Source: Phoronis australis (Eukaryota; Animalia; Phoronida). From it: 54,591 nt of DNA. Shown in pieces: positions 35,001-45,550 of this stretch. The DNA is taken from NCBI GenBank assembly GCA_002633005.1, contig NMRA01000196.1:20169-74759 (forward strand), written 5' to 3'. The translations under genes were made by a program, and so were the position numbers. Under the pieces are notes generated by a model. The model had not been told where the DNA came from and ran no database searches. It saw only the letters and a program-made list of their open reading frames with translations. Every line of letters begins with the position of its first letter. Position 1 is the first letter of the stretch.

Positions 35001-38000
35001 AATATATAACAGCCTGTAGTATTCAGCATTTAAATATTAAGTTACTTTGTCCAACAGGAAATCCTATAGGATCCAATACGAAGTCCTGTAGGATTTCCTA
35101 TAGGTTTCCATAGGATTTCCTATTGGATCCTATAGGATTTGCTATAGAATATCCTATTTGAATTCAATTGCAAATCCTATTGGAATTTCTCGTATGGGAT
35201 AGGAACTTTACTAGTAAACATTGCTTTTTGACATCTAAACGGTATTAGCCAAACTAATAATAGTTTAGAAATTTTGAGGATAAATTTGGTAAAATTTAAT
35301 CACCAGTCCACCATATTTTACGATGAATAGGTGAAGAGTTACCATGCACATATTTGTTGGCAAGTATAAGTCACATGATCAGCATGTCTGACTGGGTTTG
35401 GTTGCATAAAAAGTTATGCTCTGGATAGTGCAAGGCCAGGACCTTACTCTCATCTATTTCACTGTGAAGTAGCATCACTAAGATCACACAAGATGCAAAT
35501 ATGGGCAGTATTAATGAGCACGCGTTGCTCTGGCATTGGTGCACAACTTTGCATTTGATGTCATGCAACAATCTATTAACTTATCCAGTGAAAACTTCAT
35601 GCAACTCGGCTCAGCAGCTTAGTGGTACTGTACATAAAAAACTAGTAGTAGGAGCATGGACAGATGCCTTTGCGGTGCCCCAGGCATGCTTGGACCCACT
35701 GCACTGATCACCTGGCTATAACTCGTAGGGTTTCCTCAGGAAGGGGTTTCTTATCCTTGCAGTCTTTGAACCACTTGTCCCTTGCTTTGCAAGCTAAACA
35801 AGAGCTTCATTCACTCTAATGTCTACATGGGTTTTGACCCAATTGACAAGGATGTTGTTTCAACTGCCAAAATATGAAGCTCATCCACTTTGGTTCAGTT
35901 ATGATTTGCATTGGTTGCTGCACTCCAAGTTATCCGATATGCATAATTGATTAAACTCCCGACACTTTCGTTATTAACAGTCTTTATTTTGTTCCGTTCG
36001 TATCCGTGGAACGAAGTTCTACACTCAGTATAGAACATTTCTTGGTGAAGCAACTGACCAAGAGACGTGATTAAAAGACACACGGTATTTCAAAACATAC
36101 TTGCTTCATTCTCAAGTGTCTGAGAAGGTATAGAGTTTCTTGTTAGCTAGGATTGTTCCATGCTCCCTACCAGCCTGGTTGATGGTGACAATTTCAGCCT
36201 AAAGTTATTGCATTTTTCCAAATGATATTCAGGTCTGGTTACCATCACCTCCAAAATTATGAAAGTACTAAGTTCCTGATCCACGTTATACAGTTTCACA
36301 CTAGGACCTTAATGACAATCAAGGTCTGCGTATTTAGCAAAATGTCTAGAAAACTATAGATTTTAACTTTAATTATTGAAAGTTTGAAAGTAGAAGCTTG
36401 TAGAATTTAATTTGATACTTTCTACCAAATAGTTTGCCATTAATTGCATAAGGGACCCAGTGCATGTAAAAATTGACCATGGGATGATGATCCTTCCAAG
36501 ATTGGAGGTTGCTAAGGAGAAACTGAATTCAGTCCAGCTGTTCCGGCTGCTTGATTTCCTATTAGCATGTAATCCTTTATGTCAACTCATAAAACTATGT
36601 GGCTGTTTACAGCCCAGCCAGCTGGCTCTGTTGTGTTTGCATGGATGGGGTGTTTGAGACTTGTGCTTCAGTTTACAAATTAATTTATTTGGGTTTTGGC
36701 TTGAATTTTCACCTGCACTAGGTCTGTCATGGGTTGTGTGACATGGTTTTTTTAGTAAATTTTAGCCAAAAAAGAATGGTACATTGATAGCAAATAACAG
36801 TATCAATAACACAAAATTTGCCTGATATAATATTCAAGGTGGTGTCTTAAAAGCGCTGTTACAGTTTTCTAAAATATCGAATCCTTTTTGTATTATGCAA
36901 CTTATTTTTTCATAAAAACCATATAAAAGCCATTTTTGATAACCCGAATATGCAAAAATGGAATGTTTAAAAACAATTCCTGAATTCATTTTTAGAACAG
37001 TGCCTAAAGCATGATATCTGAAAGTTTTACAGGAATCTGATCAGCCATGTCTGAGAAAACATGTTCTGAAGTTAACCAAAATTAGACAGTTTTTTAGAGT
37101 TCTACATTTTAACCTTAAGTGTGATACATAGACTGGTGTTGGCTGAGGATTACCATAAGGGGAAAACAATAAGGGGTCAAGTACATTTTATAACAAAATC
37201 TTTTTGTCATGAAATCTGTGTTTGCTCAGAAGTATAATAGTGCTTCTGCTGCAGTTAGATTATTTTTGGCCTTTCTGTAACAGCTGCGAATAAACTGCCT
37301 CAAATTTATTAGAAGCCTGCTCTTGGCTGGCCACAAAACAAAAATTCTGTGATGACTAATACTGATGACTGATAATGACATCACTTATTTCAGGGCACAG
37401 CTACTGGAAATGGGTTTAATGATGCCGCGTTAAATGGAAACTCACTGCTGTATTTCGCTTACTATCACGGCCTCATTGAGCATAGGTATGGTTGATAGTA
37501 TGGTGTCTTTCAAATTGTCGTCTGCCACTCAACTACATAGAAATGCAATTGCAGTTGATTTTCTAGCTTTGGAGCAAAATCTTGTTACTTATACCCAGGA
37601 TATCAGTTAAATAGTGTTTTGAGTGTATCCCGAGTATTTTGTTTTGTGTGAAATGCTGAGAGGAGAATTGCAGGATGATATTTAGTTGGCTTGTCTGTTT
37701 GCCCAACACTGGGGAACAAGCGAATCTGCCTTCCAAAATATTTGGGTTAATTTCAATTAATTGCGGTCTGTGAAAGCAATCGATGAGTCGTAACATTTAG
37801 CAAAGAAACGGTGCCTAATGTATGATAAACTGGAAAACGGAGTCAAACCAAACAGTATAATTTATTTTATTGAATAAAAAATACAAGATATCAAATCTCA
37901 CTTCTTTACCTTTTTCTCGAAACTTAATATTGTGGCCATGGTGACACACCCATCAATTCAACGTACACATACCCTTTTTTAAATGGGGTATTTTAAAGAA

Positions 38001-41000
38001 GTGAATTCTGACAACTTTCCCATAGTTAGGGGGTATTTTTATATGTGTTTTGACTTCCACATTCATATTGGGCTAATTATTCTCCACTCACCGGCCAATA
38101 TATTACAGAACATACAACAAAATGCTGACTTCATGCCAGTGCAAGAACACGTCACTTGGTTGGTGTGACTTCCAAGGTCAAGGACAGATCTACACTGAAT
38201 GTGGTAGTATTGTAAGTAATTTTCAATACAGCTGCTTCAAATTGGTTTATTGCTTGTTTATTAAGAAGTGTGCCACAATGATGGTATTTGACACCACACA
38301 CATTCATATGTACAATGGCATATTGTGGGAACATCAGACATCCCTCTGCTGCAGTAGAGTTATCTTCCTTTTCGCTATTGCTGAACAGCATTGGATACCT
38401 GGGTAGAGTTCAGTAGATGTCTCGCGACTAGAAAAGTCTAGACAAAATCATGTATTCTCATTTGAAATACACTACAATCTCTCGCGTAATCTCACAAAGT
38501 CTTGCTTTTTAGTGACGTTTAGCATAGTTTCTAGCATTACTGAACTCTACCCAGATTTTCCCAGCACTTCAGTGACGGAGACAGACCTGGTAATCACTGA
38601 ATAGCAGCTTAAGATTTGCAGCCTCCTTTGAATGGTGGATAGAAAGGTCTACAGATGACAGTCCAAGAGTATAGTCCCAGAGGTCTGGAGTTGAACATCG
38701 CCCGTCTCTGAGAAAATTATCGTGCATAAAACACTTAGCAGATTGTCTTCACTTGAATACCTCTACAGCAGCTGCAGCTGAAATTTTGAAATTAAATTTT
38801 GAAACCATTGTTTCAATGCCAGAAAGTGTGGCTAAATTTCCAGGTCATTGCAACAAAACTTTGGTTTAAAGTGCTTGGTATATTTCTTGAAAAGCCTGCC
38901 TGTTTCCTGTTTGTGTCTCTGTCTGTTTGTGTGCCTGTCTGTTTGTCAGTCTGCCAATTCTGAGTACTGACTAATCAGCTGTTAGGAGCAACCTCTGCAG
39001 ACTGATCTGGCCACAGTTAGGTTTTGCAAAGAATGTTGCGTCGCCCAACTTGATTTATCTAAGTTTAAATTTAATTGTTTTCATTTTAGGTGAATAGTGT
39101 GTTTGGAAAAATTTACAACCATGGACTGAATGTTTACAACCTTTACCAAGACTGTTACCAGAAGTCAAAGTGGTTGTCTGTTGTAGAGAACGGGTTGGTT
39201 ACAAAAACCCGTGTTAGCAAGGTAGGTTTTCTGGTGTTTTCTTGGAGGTTGGAGCAAACAGGCAATGCTAATTTCCATCCTGTCGCATTGGAAAGTTTCT
39301 TAGTCACGGAGCACACCACAAGCAGTGTACTCACTCCGTGGTCTAAGGCAGAGTTATGTCAGGCATACCATGAAGTTGAATGATGCTAATGGAAGCTCAT
39401 GATCAACCCACATGCTCACCTTGAGATACATGGCTATATCTCACGGGTACATGGGTATATCTCATGGATACATGGCTATATCTCACGGATACGTGCATTA
39501 CCTGGCCAGTGTTACTTCCAAGTACTCATTCTGGCCTGAGCTATCCAAAACCCACATGGGGTAATGAAACAATAAATCTCAGCCATTACTTTAAACCCTT
39601 TGTTAACTGTGTTACTTTTAATACCAAGGCCAAATGAGAGATTTTTACTGAGGGCAGGGTTCACAAAGACGTTGTATGTGCCTGATTGTTAGGCCTATTG
39701 TGTTAAGGGCACCGATGACTTACAGTGGGATTAGTTACTTGGAGTCAGTAGCCCAAAATGGTTGCTTTCTTGAACACACTTTCCATTAGTCTACAACTCA
39801 CAGTATCTTTAGCAGCAGTTCCGTAACATAGTTTGTATGGTATGTTTCAGTCGTCCACGAAGTACCTGTTGAATCCCACATTGACTCTGGCTCCTGCTTG
39901 CGTTAATGCACAGAGTTTGTTAAAGTACTTGAATGATGGTGCTGTAAAGAAAGCTCTCCATATCCCTGACGGTTTGCCATCTTGGGACATTTGCAGGTGA
40001 TAAAATTGAATACGCTCTATATTAATGTTTTTTAACATTTCTGCTTTTTTACGGATTAATCCTCAATGGATGAGTAAGATCACTTTAAGTCATGATACCT
40101 TTTTGACTGACTGAGAATGATTCAACTGAAAATTCTCATCATTGAGATATAGCGAGTGGTTTACACAGTCAGACACTTTGACAAGAGTCAACCCGATTTC
40201 ATTCTTCATGGTTTATTGATGGAATCATGTCAGATATCCCTGTTTGATAGTATGTCTTGTGTGCTTTTCATTGAGCTGCTGTTGAAATCTTTTTTGCTTG
40301 CCATGCAATGCTATCATTCTTAATGTCTACTCTCTTTGTTAATTTATTTCTTATTAGTGCTTGCCACCAGAATAATGAGAGAATGATTCTTCATGTACTT
40401 TCCCATATGACAGTCCATCTTCGATGAACCGCTCGTGAAACTGCTATTATTTCATATTGTTTTTGTGATTTTGTCTTTACTTGTTTTATTTTACTGTTAT
40501 TGTGGAACATCACACTCAAGTGTGTTAAAATGGTTGTGTAGCACCCGTTAGCAGAACACTTTATAGCTAAGTTTTATTATGATATTGATACACATTGCAT
40601 AAATTGTCTTATGGTGTTGACTTTATGTGATATGATATTATGTGCTATGATTATAGTTTTAATTCATTGATTGCTCTTTGTACGTTAATTTGTTTTCAGT
40701 GATAAAGTTTCTCTGAAATATCATCGGCAGTATTCGTCGACAGCTCCATTTTATCGCAAGTTGTTGCAGGCTAAGGTAAGTACTGCGCTGACTCTTTCAA
40801 TTATGAACTAATTTCAGACAGTGGACTATAACGTATTAAAAAGTTCGGTGAGAAATAAGCATTCAGTAATGACACTTAGATCTTAGAGTGGGGATATTAA
40901 TTTGATATTATAGAAGACTTAATCCTTCAGCACGTTGAGACTCTGCTGTATGTCCCAGGCTTAACAAGGTCAACCTCCAAGTGGTAGATCAGTAGCTATT

Positions 41001-42711
41001 ATGTAAAGTTCAAATGCTGCAGTTTCACTTTGTAGAAATATAAGTTGCTGATTTACAATGGAGATGTGGACATGGCATGCAACTTTCTGGGTGACGAATG
41101 GTTTACAGAAAGTCTTGGGCAAAAGGTAAACTTTAACAGTGATACACTGTCAGTGTGCAATTTCACAATTAAATTTAATGCTTGCTCTGATTTTTAGGCA
41201 TTTTGAATTTTGCGTGGTTAAAACTAGCTTCAAAATATTCTGCTCACCAAAAATCAATCAGGTATTGCGATAATTACCCAACATTCCCGATCTTGATATC
41301 TGAATGCTGGCAGAATTGCCCATCATAGCAAAGTGCTAATAAAAACAGAATTCACAGAGCACCTGGAATTACACAAGCCATACCGGTGTATCACACGTCT
41401 TGGCAGAAACACGGGATTTTGTTACTTTATTTTTAGCTGATATTGTAAGCTTTTACCACGTGTTGAATTAAAATTCAGGGTTCTATTTTATGAAAAGTGA
41501 CTTAAGACTTAAGACTGAAATTTGGCCTTGTGCTTCCACTTCACAAATACGAAGTTCAGACTTAGCAGCACATCACTGTCTAGAAATACTTTGTACAAAT
41601 TTTCTAAGTACCAAGTTGCTGTTATAGAATTCTCAGATACTTTGCTCCTTCGCTGAAGGGAGTTTTAATTTTTTTCAAAAATATAAAAATATTTGACCGT
41701 GTGGATTGTCAGACCAAATTTCTGTGCAATAAAATAATTATATTCTGGAGTTAAGTTCAACACGCAATTATTTTGAAGTTACAAAGTCTACGAATGAGCT
41801 GGAAATTTAGGGAACGAAGTTGGATTCCTGTTTGGAAATTTTCATGGAATCGGCCACTGGTCCCCGTGTCTTCTACACAGACGTTGAATAACTTAGAAAA
41901 TTAATCAGAAACTAAACGAGGCGATCCAGGTCCTCTACAGGATACACTTGTTTGTCAAAAAGTAGAAAAAATAGAATTTTGCTCTTATTTCTGGTTCTGT
42001 TGACAAAGGATGTTATTTTTTTCCAAAAATTTCAGTGATCCATTTTAATTTGTTGTTTTATTTACATGTACGTATATTTATTGTACAGATGTTGAGCGAT
42101 TATCGTGCATGGCACGTTAATAAAGACGATGGTCCACAGGTGGCAGGGTACATAAAGGAATATGACGGAATCAGTTTTATCACCATACGGGTATGTCAAG
42201 ATGAAATGAGAGTATTTTGTCACAGCATTTGGTGTTACACTATCGTGTTGTAGTCTACTTCTGCAGTGTAACGGTGGCTTCACTACCAGACATGCATTCA
42301 TCTTTGCAGTGCACTTTACTGCATTTTTTAAATTAGTCCAATGAATATTCAAGAACAGGTTATTTCTAGTATTTTTAAAGTCACATTTTGGTGTGGAACC
42401 ATTTGTTTTACGTTTTTTTAACATGGCTAGATAGCGTGTAATTAGGAACTTCTTACACACGAAAAAACATTGATCTTCGGCGTTTTTCGCCATTTCAAGA
42501 CCTTGAGTTCATGGTTGAAGAGTGTTTTTCAAACTAGTTAAAGTTCGGGTAATTTTCCTATTGTTAAGCATGACTGCTGTTAGTGTTGTGTATTTACCAA
42601 AGATGAAAACAACTTTGACTTTTTCAGGGATCCGGTCACATGGTACCCCAAGATAAACCTCAAGAAGCCTTCTTGATGCTGAAAAGTTTTCTGGGTCTGG
42701 CTGCCATATAA
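25889..42711 (+). CDS. CTSA: Serine carboxypeptidase S10, lysosomal protective protein/cathepsin A-like; 12 coding exons, 465 aa
   Basis: Exons 25889-26055, 27706-27817, 30349-30486, 32620-32775, 37394-37485, 38109-38211, 39090-39221, 39851-39996, 40700-40775, 41036-41125, 42089-42190, 42628-42711. All introns are GT-AG with consistent phases, total 1398 nt. Signal peptide plus [16 protein letters not shown] (Ser), [10 protein letters not shown] (Asp) and GSGHMVP (His). Probable 5' UTR exon donor CAG/GTGAGT at 25540. Confidence 0.93.
27706..27817 (+). CDS. CTSA: Cathepsin A-like exon 2 ([26 protein letters not shown])
   Basis: TTTTAG acceptor, GTAAGT donor, hallmark S10 motif. Confidence 0.95.
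30349..30486 (+). CDS. CTSA: Cathepsin A-like exon 3 ([24 protein letters not shown])
   Basis: TTTCAG acceptor, GTGAGA donor. Confidence 0.95.
30640..30940. repeat. Degenerate short tandem repeat (CACGTTTTACA-like) in cathepsin A intron 3
   Basis: CATGTTTTACA, CACGTTTTACA and CACATTTTACA units recur many times. Confidence 0.6.
32620..32775 (+). CDS. CTSA: Cathepsin A-like exon 4 (catalytic Ser, [17 protein letters not shown])
   Basis: GCTAG acceptor, GTTTGT donor. Confidence 0.95.
33399..33470 (-). pseudogene. tRNA-like (pseudo-tRNA / SINE-head-like) module, left arm
   Basis: Minus strand TCCTCAG TAACTCAGTGGTGAGAGC A TTAGA CCGGCAA TCTAG AGACC TGTTGTTCGATTCCCAG TTGGGGT: A-box, B-box, D-arm and anticodon-like hairpin, followed by a T5 run. 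Stems are imperfect. Confidence 0.6.
33405..33767. repeat. Long palindrome: two 176-bp ungapped inverted arms around an 11-nt spacer, each arm ending in a tRNA-like module
   Basis: 33405-33580 vs the reverse complement of 33592-33767 gives about 22 mismatches by manual count. The innermost 28 bp (ATTTGGACAATTATATATACAATCAGCA) are perfect. Spacer ATTCACCAGTA. Confidence 0.92.
33702..33773 (+). pseudogene. tRNA-like (pseudo-tRNA / SINE-head-like) module, right arm
   Basis: TCCTCCG TAGCTCAGTGGTGAGAGC A CTAGA CCGGCCA TCTCG AGACC TGTGGTTCGTTTCCCAG: A-box TAGCTCAGTGG, near-B-box GGTTCGTTTCC, degraded acceptor stem. Confidence 0.6.
34085..34735. repeat. 22-bp minisatellite (GAACTTCCTATAGGATCCTATT), ~30 copies, inside element C
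   Basis: Direct tandem copies are visible, most homogeneous at 34340-34700. Confidence 0.9.
37394..37485 (+). CDS. CTSA: Cathepsin A-like exon 5 (GTATGNGF...FAYYHGLI)
   Basis: TTTCAG acceptor, GTATGG donor. Confidence 0.92.
38109..38211 (+). CDS. CTSA: Cathepsin A-like exon 6 (Cys-rich, [16 protein letters not shown]...ECGSI)
   Basis: TTACAG acceptor, GTAAGT donor. Phase fits its neighbours, and Cys spacing fits the S10 cap region. Confidence 0.8.
38399..38554. mobile_element. Small TIR element (156 bp) with perfect 17-bp inverted ends
   Basis: CTGGGTAGAGTTCAGTA ... TACTGAACTCTACCCAG. No clear TSD. Confidence 0.6.
39090..39221 (+). CDS. CTSA: Cathepsin A-like exon 7 ([11 protein letters not shown])
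   Basis: TTTTAG acceptor, GTAGGT donor. Confidence 0.9.
39425..39495. repeat. 21-bp tandem repeat (GATACATGGCTATATCTCACG) x~3.3
   Basis: Direct copies visible. Confidence 0.8.
39851..39996 (+). CDS. CTSA: Cathepsin A-like exon 8 (PACVN...YLN...VKKALHIP...WDIC)
   Basis: TTTCAG acceptor, GTGATA donor. Confidence 0.92.
40700..40775 (+). CDS. CTSA: Cathepsin A-like exon 9 ([26 protein letters not shown])
   Basis: TTTCAG acceptor, GTAAGT donor. Confidence 0.9.
41036..41125 (+). CDS. CTSA: Cathepsin A-like exon 10 (catalytic Asp, [20 protein letters not shown])
   Basis: TTGTAG acceptor, GTAAAC donor. Confidence 0.95.
41894..42065. repeat. Dispersed repeat copy (partner at 1729-1896/3118-3147), directly upstream of cathepsin A exon 11
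   Basis: Shares GAAACTAAA..AGGCGATCCAG.TCCTC and AAATTTCAGT.GATCCATT..TTGTTGTTTTATTTAC with the 5' copy. Confidence 0.75.
42089..42190 (+). CDS. CTSA: Cathepsin A-like exon 11 (YRAWH...QVAGYIKEY...FITIR)
   Basis: GTACAG acceptor, GTATGT donor. Confidence 0.93.
42628..42711 (+). CDS. CTSA: Cathepsin A-like exon 12 (catalytic His, [11 protein letters not shown]; stop TAA)
   Basis: TTTCAG acceptor, TAA at 42709-42711. Confidence 0.95.
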   Translation, partial: GSGHMVPQDKPQEAFLMLKSFLGLAAI

Positions 42712-45296
42712 AGTGAAATTGTCAGAGGTTATCTGAACAAATCTTAATCATAATCTTAATTCCATTTACTTTTTGGCAATATTTTGCTAACATATGATAT
42801 ATGACTAAATGATTTTGTTTTGTGAAGTGATGGCTCCATTTGTATCAACAATTTTAGAACAGAGAAGAAAGAGATATTCTCTCTGACGTTAATCTCAAAA
42901 CTGATAAATCATGAGTTGGGTATACTGAATACTCTACTATCCCACCAAGTGAATGTTGTTTGATGTACTATCCGGATTTTAACACAAATCGTTATTAATA
43001 ATTGTTTTTATTAGTCTCAGGCAAATGCTATCAATTAACAATTTTTATGTTAAACAGTCACCAGTCTGATAAAACTCATTTTCTGACTTTGAAAAAAGAT
43101 TAGGCAGCTTGGGTTTATTAAGACAAGAAACTGAGGTTTCTCATATAGCTTACAGTGTTATTTCCTTTCTCTCAACAATGCCTGGACCATTCAATTTTAA
43201 AATAAATTTAATTCCTGGTGTATTACCTGCTGATGGACCCATCATACAGAGGTGGTCATGAGCACATGATTGGGAACAGTAAACATTTGATTCGAATGTG
43301 AGATATTCATCTAACATATCTTTGACCATTTCTGAACATCTTCATGTACTGAACTGTGTGCCTATGAAATCTGAGTCTTAATTTGATGAAACCATCCTGC
43401 CAGTTATGTGATTAGTGACTTAGACTAAAGTTACCAAGCATTTTTACCATGTGATTCTTAGGATATCATAGTTCCGCAATATCTTTTATACAAATTATAC
43501 AATTTATTGACAATCTTGGATATTTTGTTGGACTTCACACTTTGCTGAAGTGAGGTTGAACTATTTTTCTGTAATTGTGTGTAACGTATAATTTTTGTGT
43601 TTATGGGTCACTCTTTATGAAACAGAACCCTAGTATCAAGTAAAAGCTAAATTAACAAATTAAATGATTGTACTCATTCATTTTCCTCACACACTGACTT
43701 TGGTCATCATTACTTCTAACAAATTTCTTATTAGCAAGCCTACTGGACAAAATGAAATTTAGGACATTTTATAATAGAACACATTGTATGCCTACTTTCT
43801 CACACCTCAATGCCAAGTTATCTACCGAGACCAGTACGTAACCCGGCACGCATGCCATCTGGTGTCATCACTTCAGTTAGAGCACGTTCCACAGCTGCTG
43901 TAGAGCAATTAAAATGCAACTTCTTTCTGGGCTATTGCTTTGCTAGGGAAACACGACACCCCTGATATTTAGTGTCGTTTGTAGTTGAATTAGGCACCAT
44001 AATGCAGATAGTAACTCTCTTAATTTGACATGAAAACTTGGCTTAGTTGAACATGAGCACATCCCGACTGTATTTTATTAATAAAGTGACCTTTGTCATA
44101 ACAGGTACTATTTGTGCAATGTTCAAATTCCCACATAATCCAGGTTCATTTTGTGGTTCTCTGTTGATGTCTTAAGTATCCTCAAAATTTGTTTGTCACT
44201 GGGAAAGAGCTAAAGCCATGTACAGCAAATTGGTTGAAGTATTTTTGTTTTGTGTTTTCATTCTTGATCTGTATTTGGACTTTTTTCCTAACATAAGCCC
44301 AATGTTTCTCAGATCTGTTCCCTGCACTACCAAATCGAGTTGTACGAGTGTCACATTTGTTGTAAGATTTATTTTGTTGTACATGTATTTGAATCACGTG
44401 TCTTTCCTTTGAAGTATCTGCCAACTTCATTGTTACTGTTATTTCCTGTGTTAAGATACTCACACCAGAGAATGATATTGTTAACACTTTTGGGAAATAA
44501 TTTGTTTCATCTATTAAAATATGTTTTTACTGACCATGTGTTTTATTTTACTTCAGGCATTGTATAATGCATTATTTTCGACATTGCCTTGCTTTGATAT
44601 GGCGTGGCATGGCACACTCTGTCAATAACAATTGAAAATCCACCCGAATTCTAACTGTTAGTCCTGGGTGATGCGTTTGAATGTTAGACACAGACTGGTA
44701 CCTTCAGTTTAAAAACAAGATGACAATATTTCTCCCCCTCTTGGCAAACTTTTTAAGCAAGGTTAGTATGTTTTGCAAAATTCCTGTCATTCATTATTTT
44801 TGCCTAGTTTCCTGGATTTTTGCCATAACATAAACTAAGCCGGATGAATTTTGATGAAATGAATCATTTTTTTCAAAAATCTAAATGTACATTTGTTTTT
44901 AACAATAAGACTTTCATCCTGTGAAATGATACATTTCTTCGTTGTCGCTCCACAAAATTTATCGAATGCCGCATGTTCGACTTGTGTGGAGAGCGTTTCA
45001 ATCAAAATTAAATTCTATGATGGTTCTAAAAAATTAAAATGAGATAATTAGTATCAAGGCAAACCATGCAAATTCACACCACATACTGACTGAACTTGGA
45101 GACAAGTGACCATCCACTGTCTGAAACCAAGTTTGGTAAGTAACAGTTTCCAACACGTCTCGGCTACTCTATGTAAAGGACTTGTTTGACCTTGATCCAA
45201 GCTTTGCTATCTCACCACTGCCGGGACAATGTAGCCATCCTTTAACTGATCATAAGATTTGGCCTTGCAGAATGAGGGTATTTCAGAAATCTGTTG

Positions 45297-45550
45297 TCAT
45301 GTCTTTGCTATTGGTGGTAAAGGACTTCCATGTGACCCCAGTCTTGCCGAGCTTGCACTGGATGCTCTAGAATCGGGTTCTTCTGAAAGACGCGAGCTAA
45401 AGGGTTCAGTGTCCGGTGGAACCACTGATTGTGCACGTAGATCATCGAGCATTACAACCCTTGACTTGTGTTGTTCCAGCAAGTCTTCCAGGCGACCTTG
45501 GGATCGAAGCAGCATTTTTGCAGCCATATCCTGAATGCTTTCTTCGATGT
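45297..45550 (-). CDS. LRRC46: LRRC46-like terminal exon (MLLRSQGRL...; stop TGA)
   Basis: Acceptor TTCCAG. In frame with ORF 45297-45527. Confidence 0.8.

Larger units (their letters stand above)
33184..35198. mobile_element. EnSpm/CMC-like non-autonomous element (copy C, 2015 bp) in cathepsin A intron 4, 2-bp TSD (AT)
   Basis: Left CCCATACGGAAAAATTC, right GGAATTTCTCGTATGGG, AT on both flanks, CCTATAGG arrays at both subtermini. Confidence 0.85.
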
